Shown: positions 11,637 to 24,535, counted from the first letter of the stretch. The stretch is 64,000 bases of DNA from Octopus vulgaris (GCA_951406725.2 OX597821.1:27838001-27902000), one strand, 5' to 3'. The notes: generated by a model not told the origin, from the letters alone. A program made the numbers and translations.

Positions 11637-11882
11637 AAAGGACTGACCACTAAAAGTGGACGGTCAACATGCTAGATATAGATGTCAAATCGTTATTTTC
11701 CACAAAGAATATGTTCTCAAATAAATAATCATTTTTATTTCGTATATTTTCATTTGTCTTGCTTATTCTTAATACTTTGGTTCGTGCTGAATTTTTATTT
11801 GAGAACATATTCTTTGTGGAAAATAGCGATTTGACATCTATATCTAGGATGTTGCCCGTCAACTTTTAGTGGTCAGTCCTTT
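11637..11882. repeat. Fold-back inverted repeat (arms 11637-11725 / 11794-11882) next to (TACA)n
   Basis: ~89-bp arms with few mismatches and an AT-rich spacer. Confidence 0.9.
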
Positions 11883-12418
11883 TTTTGTATGTAAAAGTAG
11901 CAATCTTGTTAGATCCTTTCAATGAAGCATAGAGTAACGCATTTTGTATGTAACGCAATTTGTATGTAAAGATATTTTAATCTTCGGATTTTTTTAATAT
12001 GCTAGGCCACTAGTTTTAATTGATTAATATCAATTTCTACCCTTATTCAATTTTACATGTATACATATATGTTGGCAACATTGCGTACGCAACCAGTTGA
12101 ACTTTTGGAGATCCGTTTTTGAGTGCACTATTTTGGAGTAGAAACTGGCACAGAACTCGTTATTGTGAAAGGTTAGCGAATGCTTTGCATTTAACATCTT
12201 CCTTATGACTAAATACACAGAGAAACAAGCTATTATTTTTATATCATCCATAATGCACAATCATAGTCTGTTGTTAAGGAGAAGCTGGTTTTAATGAACC
12301 ACATGGATATGAGTTGAGTTCTACTAGATGAAATATTTGATAAGGAGCTTCTACTCATACCCCGGTACGACCGATGACTTGTGAATTTCGTTGGTGAAAA
12401 ATATGTGGAAGCCAACGC

Positions 12419-12419
<1 letters not shown>

Positions 12420-12449
<30 letters not shown>

Positions 12450-12600
12450 TGTATGTATGTATGTATGTATGTATGTACGTATGTATGTATGTATGTGTGT
12501 ATTATGTATGTATGTATTTATGTATGTTTGTATGTATTATGTATGTATGTTTTATTTATGTATGTATTATGTATGTATGTATATATGTATGCAAACAGAT
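12420..12600. repeat. (TATG)n microsatellite, degenerate
   Basis: read directly; source of the MYVC-repeat ORFs. Confidence 0.95.
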
Positions 12601-14050
12601 ATGTATGCACCTACATGCATGTTTATGTATGTTGCATATGAAGGTGCTTGTGTTTTCTCTGCCCACCACCGCTTGATTACAGGTATTAGTTTGTTTACAC
12701 TCATCATAATTTTGTACTTCACCATAAGGTGTCGATTAAACAATTACCTGACAAAAAATAAAGTTGCAATAAATATCATGGATGTTTTAGCCCACACAGA
12801 AATTATGCGAACTACTCAGAGGTTTTGCAAGCTCTTCTTTTAATCCCATCACGATACAAGAAATCCTATTTCATTTTCGGAAGGTAGCTGAGGTTCATAA
12901 GCATTTCGCCCTTTAGACTGTATGCTTCACCTGATCTGGGCAGCAAGTACTAATTTACTTTTCGCTGCGATTTGTTTACGTATAAGATGCAAGGTGGTAC
13001 TCAAGCATGGTCGTAGCCCAATGAATGAAACACGTAAATGATCAAAATATAATTAAATAATCAACCCCTTACACCCACCTGTATTTTGCATGTATTCTCA
13101 TATCTTCTAACATATTAGTCTAAACTTTCGAAATCATAGTCTCTGAACATCTGTCTCCTGTCAATTACCGATAATGAAATTGGTTTCTGAAACTGACAAA
13201 CGCTGGACAATTTACGTCACATCATATGATGCCGTCAATGAAACGTCGATAATAAATGATTCAGGATAATGCTTCCCTATGTATATTAAGTGACATCTGC
13301 TCTTTCTAATGGCTATATCAAGCGTTAGATACATTTAACAAAGTGAATAACAACATTAACAACACGTTAGAATAACTCAGGAGGAATATATTTTTTGTCA
13401 TTTAGTTTTGCTCGAAATATAATGGGGCAAGTGTATTCATTAATCGTACAAATTACGTTGTGTTCGATTATCAGTTGACGATTATTTAAACATAAATTGT
13501 CTAAATTGTTGTTAGTTATTGCACACTCTATGACTGTGTTGTGCCATATAATCCGATTGTGATATAAAGAAAACCTTTTGGTTAGGCTGTTGTGTTATTT
13601 TATTGGCTGTTAATTGTGTGAAGTATATACAGGTTTCATTTTCTCATAATATTGGAGAGGTAAGGTTGCGAGCCGGCAGAATCGGTAGCTCGTCAGACAA
13701 AATGCTTTGCTGTATTTCATTACAGCTTTCACATCTCGGAATTTGAATAAAACTGATGCGTTACTCTCTGCTTCATTGAAAGGATCTAACAAGATTGCTA
13801 CTTTGTAATTGTTCTATACTTATAAGAAATTCTACTGGCACTCTCTGATCGTTAGTGTGCCTTGCAATTGTTATCCCTATGAGTTCAAATCTCGCTAAAT
13901 TCTTCTTTGACTTTCATCTTTCGTATTCGATAAAATAAGGACCAACTATTAATCCCATTTCCGAATCCTTTGTGCTGAAATTAGTTATAAGTTAATGGTG
14001 TAGAATATGTCTGCGAGTTCTATATATTGAATACTCCGATATTTTAAATA

Positions 14051-14286
14051 TTTATTTCTTTACTACCCACAAGGGGCTAAACACAGAGGGGACAAACACG
14101 GACAGACAAACGGATTAAGTCGATTATATCAACCCCAGTGCGTACATGGTCCTTAATTTATCGACCCCGAAAGGATGAAAGGCAAATTCAACCTCGGCGG
14201 AATTTGAACCCAGAACCTAACGGCAGACGAAGTACGGCTACGCAATTCGTCTGGCGTGCTAACGATTCTGCCAGCTCGCCACCTTA
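14051..14286 (-). mobile_element. SINE family B, full copy
   Basis: reverse complement of 24162-24392; ttaaatattt on both flanks (possible TSD). Confidence 0.85.
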
Positions 14287-14584
14287 AATATTTTAAATAT
14301 TGGTATGAAGCTGCCATGCGTCTGATGTGGAATACGTTAGTTTCCATCTTTTAGATTTCTTCAAATCAGTACATTAGTGTCTGTTTGTGTGATCTAGCGG
14401 TTAATGTGGGGTGATCGTGGTCATGAGGCCAAAACTTCCATTACTGGACAGAACAGTGGGTGGTGGCTATCAACAAGCCACTTAATTTCCTCCCATCTCA
14501 CCCGTAAATGTGTGCCAGCCTATTTCATTTGCAGCTCACTCAATATCCATCTGGTACATTCCACTGTGTCTGGTGTAGGAGGAA

Positions 14585-14585
14585 T

Positions 14586-14682
<97 letters not shown>

Positions 14683-14783
14683 GTCATCAGCATCATCAGC
14701 ATCATCATCATCACCACCACCATCATCATCATCATCATCATCATCATCTTCATCACCCTCACCATCATCATCATCATCATCAT
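14585..14783. repeat. (CAT)n/(CAC)n trinucleotide tract
   Basis: read directly; source of the poly-I, poly-H and poly-M ORFs. Confidence 0.95.
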
Positions 14784-15535
14784 TCTTTTACTTCACAGAA
14801 CGCTCGGCCTTCTTTGTTCTGGTAGATTATGTGACAGCGGACTGCAGCCTGCTGTTAGAGGTCTTACAGTTTCCCTTTCGCACATTATAAGCTTCGACAC
14901 TTGGTTGTTTAATTATCAAGGGAGACATTCAACATGAAAGTACCAATCTCAAAATCCTAGCTGTCTCCGGCAGAGCAGCTTTTTTGGCTTGCTCTGTGCT
15001 CATGCCATTTCTGATTTCTCTGACATATTTCTCGCACTTGGTTCTTAGTGCTCGGAGTGCCCCTACAGCTCCTAGAGTGACAGACACTTTCCTTATAGTC
15101 TGCATTGTTGATATTTCGTCATTTAGTAGTCTATATTTTTCAATCATTTCTAGTTTTGGTCAATTATACGTTCATCCCCAGGTATTGCAATATCTATAAT
15201 ATTGATTTCCTTTTTCCTCTTTATCTACCATGACAATATCTGCTTTCGGAACATAGATTAAGTCACATTGGATTGTAAAATTCTACAGTATATTTTATTC
15301 CTTGTTCTCGGTGACTCCTTCTGGTTCCCATTCGTACTATTTCCGTGCTCTCTTCTGGCCGTACTTTTCACATAGTCTCCAGTGGACAAACTCAGCTGCG
15401 TAATCGTGCCTCCTTTTGTAGTGCTTTTGGGCCAGCTGGCTGCAGTCCCTTACAATATGTGATATTGTTTCGTTTCTGCTGCCACACATCCTACGAAGGA
15501 GTGATTCGCTACACTTATCCATTTGGAGCTTGAGC
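14784..15535 (-). mobile_element. 3' end of a restriction-like-endonuclease non-LTR retrotransposon (R4/Dong-like)
   Basis: zinc knuckle RMCGSRNETISHIVRDCSQLAQKHYKRRHD, then KADIVMVDK..IIDIAIP..EKY..GAVG..LRLVL; 3' UTR runs into (TGA)n; stops and frameshifts. Confidence 0.85.
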
Positions 15536-15544
15536 GCTGCTTAA

Positions 15545-15940
15545 CTCAGGGCATCCTTTCAGATCACTACGCCATATGCCCGTGGGCAATTATGGAATGA
15601 ATTTTAGGGCTTATGAATATCTAATATTATCCTGGCCTTCCTGAATACGGGTTCCAATATGCCACTCATATAAGCACTCGGTCTGCTTAGGAGGTTGCTG
15701 TGTCCTAGTATATGTGTTGCTTCTTTTAGTTTTCGAATTTTCCAATTGTGTTCTCTGTCACTAATTTTAACTTCATCACACATGAGGAGGTGATCTCCAT
15801 TTCTCCACGTTTGATCAGCTATACCCGATTTATCAATATCTCCTCGTGTCACAGCTTTGCTCTGTTCATCTATCCTTGTTTTGAGGGTGGCAACATTTTC
15901 ACCTTTGTATAACCTACCACAGCTGCATGGTATCAGCAAG
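15545..15940 (-). mobile_element. Penelope-like element 3' fragment: GIY-YIG endonuclease plus start of terminal repeat
   Basis: LIPCSCGRLYKGE..LKTRIDEQ..SGIAD..RKLKEA; sequence atatgcccgtgggcaattatgga shared with 18045-18067. Confidence 0.85.
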
Positions 15941-16015
15941 TATAAAAGAAAAAATATCTTGCATCTTTTAGTCCAGTATCAGCAAGTATAAAAGAAAAAA
16001 TATCTTGCATCTTTT
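15930..16015. repeat. 40-bp tandem duplication at the PLE junction
   Basis: gtatcagcaagtataaaagaaaaaatatcttgcatctttt at 15930-15969 and 15976-16015. Confidence 0.9.
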
Positions 16016-16532
16016 GGCTTTTTTTGTTAGCATAAAGTTGGCTTCAGTGTTGCTTAGTTATTTATCTTAACTTTTTAGTATTATGGATAAAATATTTATG
16101 AAATCACAAACGAGATATTTTTAATATAAGACGTCTAACACCTTGAATTCATTGTAAACATAATGTCTCTGTGTAAAATTCTGTTATCATTAATCTTATT
16201 GCAAATGAAACATATCGTCTTTTTCCAAGTACCAATAAAAATGAAAGTGAATGTACATAAATAAATGCTCTACGGAAGTAAATATATCAAAATTTAGTCG
16301 AGTGTGGAGAAAAATCGTGAGAGTGGATGGTCGTATTCCAAATATGCATCTCGTTATAGAATAACCAATACATGCATCGCGCAATAAATTTCTATATTCT
16401 CATCTGTACATATTCGTAGGTGTTTCACTACTGTGCATACTTAAATTTACAAGACATTAATACTATTTTCTTCACAAAGATGTGTAAGTTTCTGAATATA
16501 GTGCAATATATATATATATATATATATGAATA

Positions 16533-17785
16533 CTTAGGTTGGACAAGTATTCATGTAATGGAAACGCCTTAAAATTTCAAACAATTTTATTTTAATATGC
16601 GGTAGAACCGCCTTTGGCAGTAATTACAGCTCGCATTCTACGAGGTATGGACTCGTATAAAGTCTGAATTGTTTCCAAGGGAATTTTTGTCGATCCTTCA
16701 GCTAAAACAGTCCCCAGTTGTAGTGATTATGGCGAGGATATCGACTCCTTGTTTTTCTAAAATGTAAGTATAAATTTTCAACAATATTGAGATCTGGGGA
16801 CTGTGGTCGCTAGATAAGATGTTCAACTTCACTAGAATATTCCTTGTGCCATTCAGTAACAACTTTAGCTGTGTGAATTGGTGCATTATCATCCTGAAGG
16901 ATTGCGTTTCCCTCCGAAAATAGTCCCGCAACCAAAGGAAGAATTTGATCAGATAAAATGCTTAAATAGTCTTGACCATTAATTCTGCCATGAAGGTCCG
17001 GCGGATTTCCAGCTATAGCCCCCACCCCGATCATCACAGATCCTCCTCCATGTTTAACAGCTGGAAGAAGGCAATCTGGGTCATATGCTTTTTGGGCTGT
17101 TTCCACACATGTATATTTGGTCCGTAGTAGGAAATAAAGTAAAGGATGACTCATCCGAGAAAATAACATTCTTCCACTGCTTAGAGATCAATTCTATAGG
17201 TTTTTACTCCACTCTAAATGCTTTGCAACGTTTGTTTTTGAAAGTAGTGGGTTTCTGATTGCAGACCTCCCGTAAAATCCAGCTTCGTGTAACTCCCGGC
17301 GAACATTTTTTTGTGGAAACTCGGTTCTTGAGGTGGTGATTAAGCTCTGCAGTAATTTTCAGAGCTGTACTTTTGTGAGCCTTTCTAACAATTTGCGTAA
17401 GAGTCCGATGGTCCATATGTGAAAGTTTTGGTTTTGCATCTAGAATTTTGCTTCGACGAGATTTTCCCTCTCTCTCAGAAACTGTCATTACTTTCGAGAC
17501 AATACTTCTTGATACACCAAGTATTTCGGCTGCTTTCATTACGCTAGCATCTGCCATACGAGCCCCAACAATTTGACATCTTTGAAAGTCCGATATATTT
17601 GTTATTTTAATGAAGTCTAATTACCTTCTTCTGGTGATATCTGAAAAGAAACGGAAATTTTAGCAAAACATCTTACGCAACACTAATAATGAATAAAAAC
17701 AACCATAAAAAATAAACTTTTGACGGTTTTATAGATATTTCAAAATCATGATGCTGGGTGTTTCCATTATTTTGTCCAAACTCTG
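16533..17785 (-). mobile_element. Tc1-family DNA transposon, near full length, inactive
   Basis: TIR cagagtttggacaaaataatggaaacac matches the left end; TA flanks; encodes a frameshifted transposase. Confidence 0.9.
16592..17607 (-). pseudogene. Tc1 transposase pseudogene
   Basis: FQRCQIVGARMAD..AAEILGVSRSIV (HTH), VKHGGGSVMI, LQDDNAPIHTA, C-terminal PRRMRAVITAKGGSTAY*; several frameshifts. Confidence 0.9.
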
Positions 17786-17799
17786 TATATATATATATT

Positions 17800-17890
17800 A
17801 TTTACACTTGACGGATATTTGTCCTCATCTTGTCTATTGGTAACACAAGGTTTCGGCTGATGTACCTGTTGTTGTTGTTGTTATTGTTGC

Positions 17891-17953
<63 letters not shown>

Positions 17954-18090
17954 TATTATTATTATTAATATTATTATTATTATTCAGGTCACTGCCTGGA
18001 AACGAACTCGGAATTTGGGGGTTAGTAGCCCGCGATCTGCTCTATATGCCCGTGGGCAATTATGGAGTGAATTGTAGGGGTGCTATAAAT
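17800..18090 (-). mobile_element. PLE terminal-repeat remnant with tRNA-like cassette, (AAT)n tract and hammerhead 3' half
   Basis: minus strand: cccacgggcatat..cgcgggctactaaccccc..ccgagttcgtttccaggcagtgacctg-(AAT)n-(AAC)n-cagccGAAAC; shares sequence with 15545-15615. Confidence 0.6.
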
Positions 18091-18258
18091 TTCTCACTCT
18101 CTCCCTCTCTCTCTCTCTCTCTCCCTCTAAATATATATATTATATAAAAAATACAAAATGGGACAAGAACGCAAAACATCCAGACATGTGATACAAAAAA
18201 GGGATAACAAAACATCCAGAAAGACGATACAAAGAAAAAGAGGACGGGCCATTCGGAA

Positions 18259-18340
18259 AATGGTGGTGGTGGTGATAATGATAATGATGATGATGATAAT
18301 GATGATGATGATTATGATGATGGTGATGATGATTATGATT

Positions 18341-18373
<33 letters not shown>

Positions 18374-18400
18374 ATGTTAGAATATTATCGTTATCATCAT
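18259..18400. repeat. (GAT)n/(GGT)n tract
   Basis: read directly. Confidence 0.9.
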
Positions 18401-19082
18401 CAATAACTAGAACAGCAACAACAGCAGCATAAACATCCTCTTCTTGCACCTCAATTTCATCATCATCATATCAATGGGCGCAACAACAAGACATTTAATC
18501 CTCCTCATCAATGTCATGATTATGACAATGTTCATCAATATGATAGGCAACATCGACACTAACAGCATCTTCAACGACGTGGTGAATTGAAATATCAGCA
18601 GCTATGATATTTCTGCTGCCTACAATTTATGTCTCAGTAAAACGATTACATACCTCAAGTACACACATATACACACACGAACAAATACGTACAGACATAC
18701 ATTTATTCATAACATTCACATTTCACAAACACACATACACACTTGTATGGTATGAAAGCTTAGTCTAAAGTAGAAAGACACACTCTATCCAAATCAATTG
18801 CGTTACAATTTAATTTCCTTGCGTCGTAACGTCCGACCATCTTCAATGCAGAATCGGCGAAATGGTTATTAATAAAACCAGTGAATCCAACTTCTCTATC
18901 GAAATTCTTACTCTTCAATGGTTGCCAATTTGGCATGCTTTCAAAGGACGAAAATAAAAAAAGAGAGGAATATGAAAGAAAAAAGAGAAACAAAGATAAA
19001 AGAAGCCGTCTAATAAAAGAAATATATACATATATATCATATACATATATGCGTGCGTGTATATGCGTTTACACATATATGT

Positions 19083-19126
<44 letters not shown>

Positions 19127-19167
19127 TGTATCAAATACATATGTGTGCGCGTCTGTGTTTCTATATA

Positions 19168-19257
<90 letters not shown>

Positions 19258-19270
19258 CATACACACAGAG

Positions 19271-19332
<62 letters not shown>

Positions 19333-19865
19333 TCCCAAAGCGATTTCCTAGTGTACGACGTCACGAAACAATTTTCTTTCAAAGAAGGACCTGACGAATC
19401 CGAGAACTTTTAGATCTTACTTATTAGAAAAGGCGGCCCTTTGTTATAAGACCTAGCACTATGACCTATTACACTACATACAATAGTTTGGCCCACATCT
19501 TAATGCTACTTCCACGTGGAATTATTTGCAACTTCAATAGATTTGGTGTACCATAAAAATGTGATGAAGAGACGGGGTTACAACGTAGCATCCCGATAAC
19601 ACTGAAACACACATATGTGTGTATGTGCGTCTGTGTGAGTATGTGGGAGTGTGGATATGCCTGTATATATGTATTGCATATATATGTGAGTGTGTGCGTG
19701 TTACTTTATATAAATACATGTTCATACATGCTTTTACACACACGTACACACAGACATATATATATAAATATTCATATGCACATGTATATATATACATATA
19801 CAAAGACAAACACACACGCACACACACACACACACGCATACACACACACATATATATATATATAT

Positions 19866-19984
19866 GAAGAGTCGTTCTTTATGTTGTTTGTCTTGTTTTG
19901 TTGTTCAAAAAATTAGTTCATTTTCCATGTACATGTACTTCGAAAACTTTTTGTTGTACACGCTTCGAGACGTGCCGTGCCCAC

Positions 19985-20034
<50 letters not shown>

Positions 20035-20060
20035 GTATAGATGTAAGTATGTACGTATGC

Positions 20061-20102
<42 letters not shown>

Positions 20103-20750
20103 TATGTATATTTTTATATGATTAAACGCTACGCATCCTCTACTAAGTAAGTTCCATCTTAATAATTCTGGTGCGCACACTATACGGTCTTTTCACTCTT
20201 TCGTTTTTCTTTCTTTCTCTCTGTTATTCATTTACCTCATCTCCTCCCACTATTCTATCCTATTACGCTGTCACTCTCTCCCTCACTTCTCCTCCCTTGC
20301 TCACGTGACTCCAACGTGACCATCAGCCATCTTTCTTCTATCTTGTGTTTTTTCTTTCTGTTGTAGCTGGAACAAGGAAGATATGTTCTTGTTTGTCTCT
20401 TGTCCAAGCTTGATTTACGTGTTCGCAACCACAACTTCGTTTAGGGTTAGAAGCCCTTTCTGTTTGTTTTCACTGTCCTGTTTGTGGTACGGTTTTGACC
20501 ATCTGCAAAATCCCAAATCTTATTTAATTTGCTGCGCAGGAGCAAGTGTTTTATCGAAAGCGTATATTGTTGTTAAATGCTCGAAATACGAGAGTAGACA
20601 AACAGCCAACAGCCGATGAATGGTCGTTCTTAATGTTGATTGTCTTGTTTTCTATCTGTGATTTCGTTGTCCGAAAAAATAGTTCATTTTCCATGTACTT
20701 CCTAATTTTAAATGGAACACGTTTCGTGACGTTCTGTGCCCACATATGCT

Positions 20751-20794
<44 letters not shown>

Positions 20795-20920
20795 CATATA
20801 TATATATATATACACTATAGATGTAGGTATGTACATATACGCATGTGTATGTGCATATTTGCGTATATATTACTTATATTAAATATAATTCAACGCCACG
20901 TACCGTCTTCTAAGTAAGTT
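19866..20920 (+). mobile_element. Dispersed repeat with ~300-bp imperfect direct repeat (19866-20152 vs 20620-20920); PLE-terminal-repeat-like
   Basis: gtcgttct..atgttg..gtcttgtttt..aaaaa..agttcattttccatgtac...gtgcccacatatg...ctaagtaagtt occurs twice; 20540-20630 is homologous to the reverse complement of 36850-36942. Confidence 0.65.
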
Positions 20921-21548
20921 ATATATATATATATATATGTTCAAAGTACTCTATGTAATTCCTTCTTGTTTAGCTATTGTATAAAATTTTAAAAGAAAAC
21001 GCACAATGAATGACTTCTGTGAGTTATTTCCGTAGCAAACATCCTCTTGGTCAGTTTTATAAATATGTTTAATACTGAGAGCTACCGAGTAGTAGATAGG
21101 ATATTCTGCCAGATTTATTCATTTGCAAGGGAAGTATTAATAATGGAGACATTTTTGAAAGACAAAGCTAATAAAAGAAAAGAAAAACAATGTTACTTGA
21201 TGCATAATTGTCCTTTTCAAATATTGAGTACTTTATTTGCATATAATTCTTCATAGTGACATATAGATGTTGTTATCGCAATATTTCTATTTTCATTCCA
21301 CTGGACGTAAAGTAGATGAAAATTAAATCGAGTCATACTTTTGGGATGTACATAATGTTTGAAGATTGAATGCGCATGTATATGTCTGTATATATAAAGA
21401 TATGCATGTGTTTGTGTAACCACTTATGTATGTTTGTTTAACCGCATGTGTGTGTGCGTATGTATACAGAAAGTATAATATCTCATTCAAAAATAGAAGT
21501 ATTTGAAAATGTGAATAATATCAAATAGATTATTTTTGGGCAATAACA

Positions 21549-21760
21549 GTTTACTCAAAGTAGCCTTCCTCAGCTTCCACCAGGTCAACAATATGGCTGG
21601 CTCCAAACCCTGGAGCTTGCGTTTCTCAATGTGTCTCAGGGTAGATCTTGGAACACATCCTTGATGTTTAACAACATCCAAAAGCTACATATAGCCAATT
21701 CAGATTGGGCCTAAGATATGGGACTCTATCACCCTCACTAAAGATATACCAGATTTTCAT
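21549..21760 (-). mobile_element. Tc1/mariner (maT-like) transposase C-terminal fragment
   Basis: minus strand reads IKDVFQDLP*DTLRNASSRVWS then, after a frameshift, DLVEAEEGYFE*, a typical Tc1/mariner C-terminus. Confidence 0.5.
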
Positions 21761-22383
21761 CACAGTGTGTGGAACTTGGTTTTCATGATTTCCATGATAC
21801 GCCTTACAGATTTTAAGATGCTCACAAAATATCAGCAGCAGTCACAACGTCAGCATTTTGATATCCGGTGGGAACCTACATGATACTAGTAAAATTTTCT
21901 AACACTGAGGTGCCGTTTACTCCTGCATATTAGTTAACATTTTCTCAACTACAACTTTACTTTTATGCCCTTCGTCGCTGTTGACTTAAACAATATATCG
22001 AGCTGTTTATGAAAAATGGATTGCTGGAACACACTGTATATTCAGTTTGCATAGATCAACACTTATTTGAAAGGTCTCGAAAGACAAACTGAAAAATATA
22101 AAGGTTCAGAATCATGCTTCTTTTTCACATATTTCCTGTTATGAAATTGTTGTAATTTTGCAAGCTTTATCAATCGTTTTATTGTTGAAAATTGCCTGAA
22201 AATTTATTTTGATTTTTTAAAAAATTCTGAGTTGAAATATCACGGCAGTTAAATCTAATGTCAATTCTCTTTAGCTCGATACATTAACATACAGTCAAGC
22301 ATTAGAGTCACTGGTAACGTCATCGTCACTTCCTTCATAATTTGTTGCTCTTCTGCTCCGTTAAGAAACAAGCATTACATATA

Positions 22384-22897
22384 TCTATATATATAAAACT
22401 GTAGTTGTGTGAGTGTCTGTCCCCTTCGATTTAGATTCCTAACTACTCCCACATTTTGCGGTGCAGTTTAACCAAATTCGGGTATCTTATAGTCGTGATT
22501 CATATCGAGCCCGTCTGAGTATTAGCGCGCGTCTACGATGTGTCTACGATTTTAAAAATAATTTAACATTATTTTTTATTCCATTTTAATGCATCATTTT
22601 TCGTGTGTCGATGGCCGCGGAGTTGGCGTCCATGGTCACACCTGCGCCTGTTTGCTTCTTCCCCCTTCTTCCCTCCCTCGTGAAGCTGTGGGGAAGGGAG
22701 TGTAAGGAAATCAACGTCGTAAAGCGTTGTCAAGGAGACCAGCGTTCTTTTACAACAACGACTTCATGGCTTGAAGACACCAAAACAGAAATGGCTAAGA
22801 AAGCCCGAATTGGCATCTATAAGGGAAGTAACTTTCTAAAAATGCTTATATAGTTATTTCCCTTACAAACCCGAGCAACGCCGGGCGATACTGCTAG
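22384..22897 (+). mobile_element. Non-autonomous Helitron
   Basis: A|TCTATATATATAAA 5' end; cccgagcaacgccggg hairpin followed by CTAG|T 3' end. Confidence 0.85.
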
Positions 22898-23620
22898 TGT
22901 TTGATAAAACTACCATATATATTCCATATAATATTCCTACCTACTATTACTGTAGGCAGGAAAATGATTGGAGAAAATATAATTATAAAAGGAAGATACG
23001 TTTATAAGAGAGACAAAAGTATCATATGATTCAACGATAAGACGTTCGGTCTAATCTTCAGAAATATGTGGTAGAAATGAAAAAAAATTTTGCAAAATAT
23101 TTCTTTGCTTTCTTTACTTTCTTATCTGATTTCAATTTCTACTTTTATTTCCCTCTATTTGTTATCTTCCATTTTTGCTCTATTTCCGTTTCCTTATAAG
23201 CTTTTTGGCTTTTTACCGATATATATCTGCCTTCATCTGATATTGATCAATTATAACATTACCTCTGTTGTCATTAAATTTTGATATATTTCTATTTCCG
23301 GTCATTTCCCGGTAATTTCCTAGTGATTCACTTTTCTACTTATATAAAATTCTATTAACTTCATGTACTCAATCGTTTATTATGTTATTTTAATTAAACA
23401 AGCTTGGGCTTCCTCGCTTATATTTCACCACTTTTCCTTATGCTTCTTTTTGTACGTTCATCAATGTATATCAGTGTGGTTTTAATATCATCTTGTATCG
23501 CAACAATTATTTTAAGATTACGCCGGCTATTTCTTGAAATTATTTAATACTCTTAACATTTCATGTTTTGAAAACCTTTTGTTCTAAATTAATACAATTC
23601 TTTCACAAAGTTTATTTATA

Positions 23621-23710
23621 CAGTAATCCCTGCGATATCGCGTTTCATCTGTCGCGGTTTTTCTATTATTTAAGCTTACGTCGATTCCTCCGTGGTGTTG
23701 TTTTACATTT

Positions 23711-23747
<37 letters not shown>

Positions 23748-23861
23748 AATCATAAAATATTAAAAGAAAATATGCAGTACGCTGCTGATTCTATTTCGTG
23801 GATTTTCTCCTATCGCGGGAGGTTTTGGAACGTAACATTCGCGATAGTCGACGGATTACCG
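23621..23861 (+). mobile_element. pogo/Tigger-type MITE
   Basis: TA-CAGTAATCC...GGATTACCG-TA termini; second copy in opposite orientation at 40501-40724. Confidence 0.75.
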
Positions 23862-24161
23862 TATAATCGTAATCTTTATTTCAATCATTTTCTCGTGGGA
23901 TTTCAGTTTTTATATAGTTTCCAAATACATATTTTGTTTAAAGACAATGTGTTCAGAAATGTCTAATGTGTATCAAACAAAATAACACATTCTATTTAGA
24001 AAATTATTTTACATCGTATTTTTAAATCTGCCAATCATGTTTATCTGATAAAGAGAACAAAAATACCATGGATTACCGTTCGATATAACGGAAATGAACT
24101 TCCTTTATATATGTTGTCGCTGAACAAGTTATAACATTAAGCAATATTGCATCGGTTATAA

Positions 24162-24535
24162 GGCGGCGAGCTGGCAGAAACGTTAGCACGCCGGACGAGA
24201 TGCTTAGCGGAATTTCGTCTGCCGTTACGTACTGAGTTCAAATTCCACCGAGGTCGACTTTGCCTTTCATCCTTTCGCGGTCGATTAAATAAGTACTAGT
24301 TACGCACTGGAGTCGATATAATCGACTTAATCCGTTTGTCTGTCCTTGTTTGTCCTCTTTGCATTTAGCGCCTTGTGGGTAGTAAAGAAATGGGTATTTC
24401 GTCTATTTTTACTTACTGAGTTCAAATTCTGCCGAGGGCGACTTTGCTTTTCATCCTTTCGGGGTTGATAAATTAAGTACCAGTTGCGTACTGAGGTCGA
24501 TCTAATTGAATGGGCCTAGATTAGAAAAGAATATT
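24162..24535 (+). mobile_element. SINE family B (Nin-domain-like), full copy with internal duplication
   Basis: ggcggcgagctggcagaa head, gagttcaaattcc B-box-like site, module gtcgactttgcctttcatcctttcg present twice. Confidence 0.85.

Noticed and set aside
14404-14937. Poly-I, poly-H and poly-M ORFs
   Set aside because: Translations of the (CAT)n microsatellite
19400-19440. CTGACGA...GAAA hammerhead-like words
   Set aside because: No consistent stems I and III or cleavage triplet
18881-19916. Long YI/CV/HT-repeat ORFs (also at 11321, 29313, 36892, 51021, 56312, 63332)
   Set aside because: Stop-free dinucleotide microsatellites, not proteins
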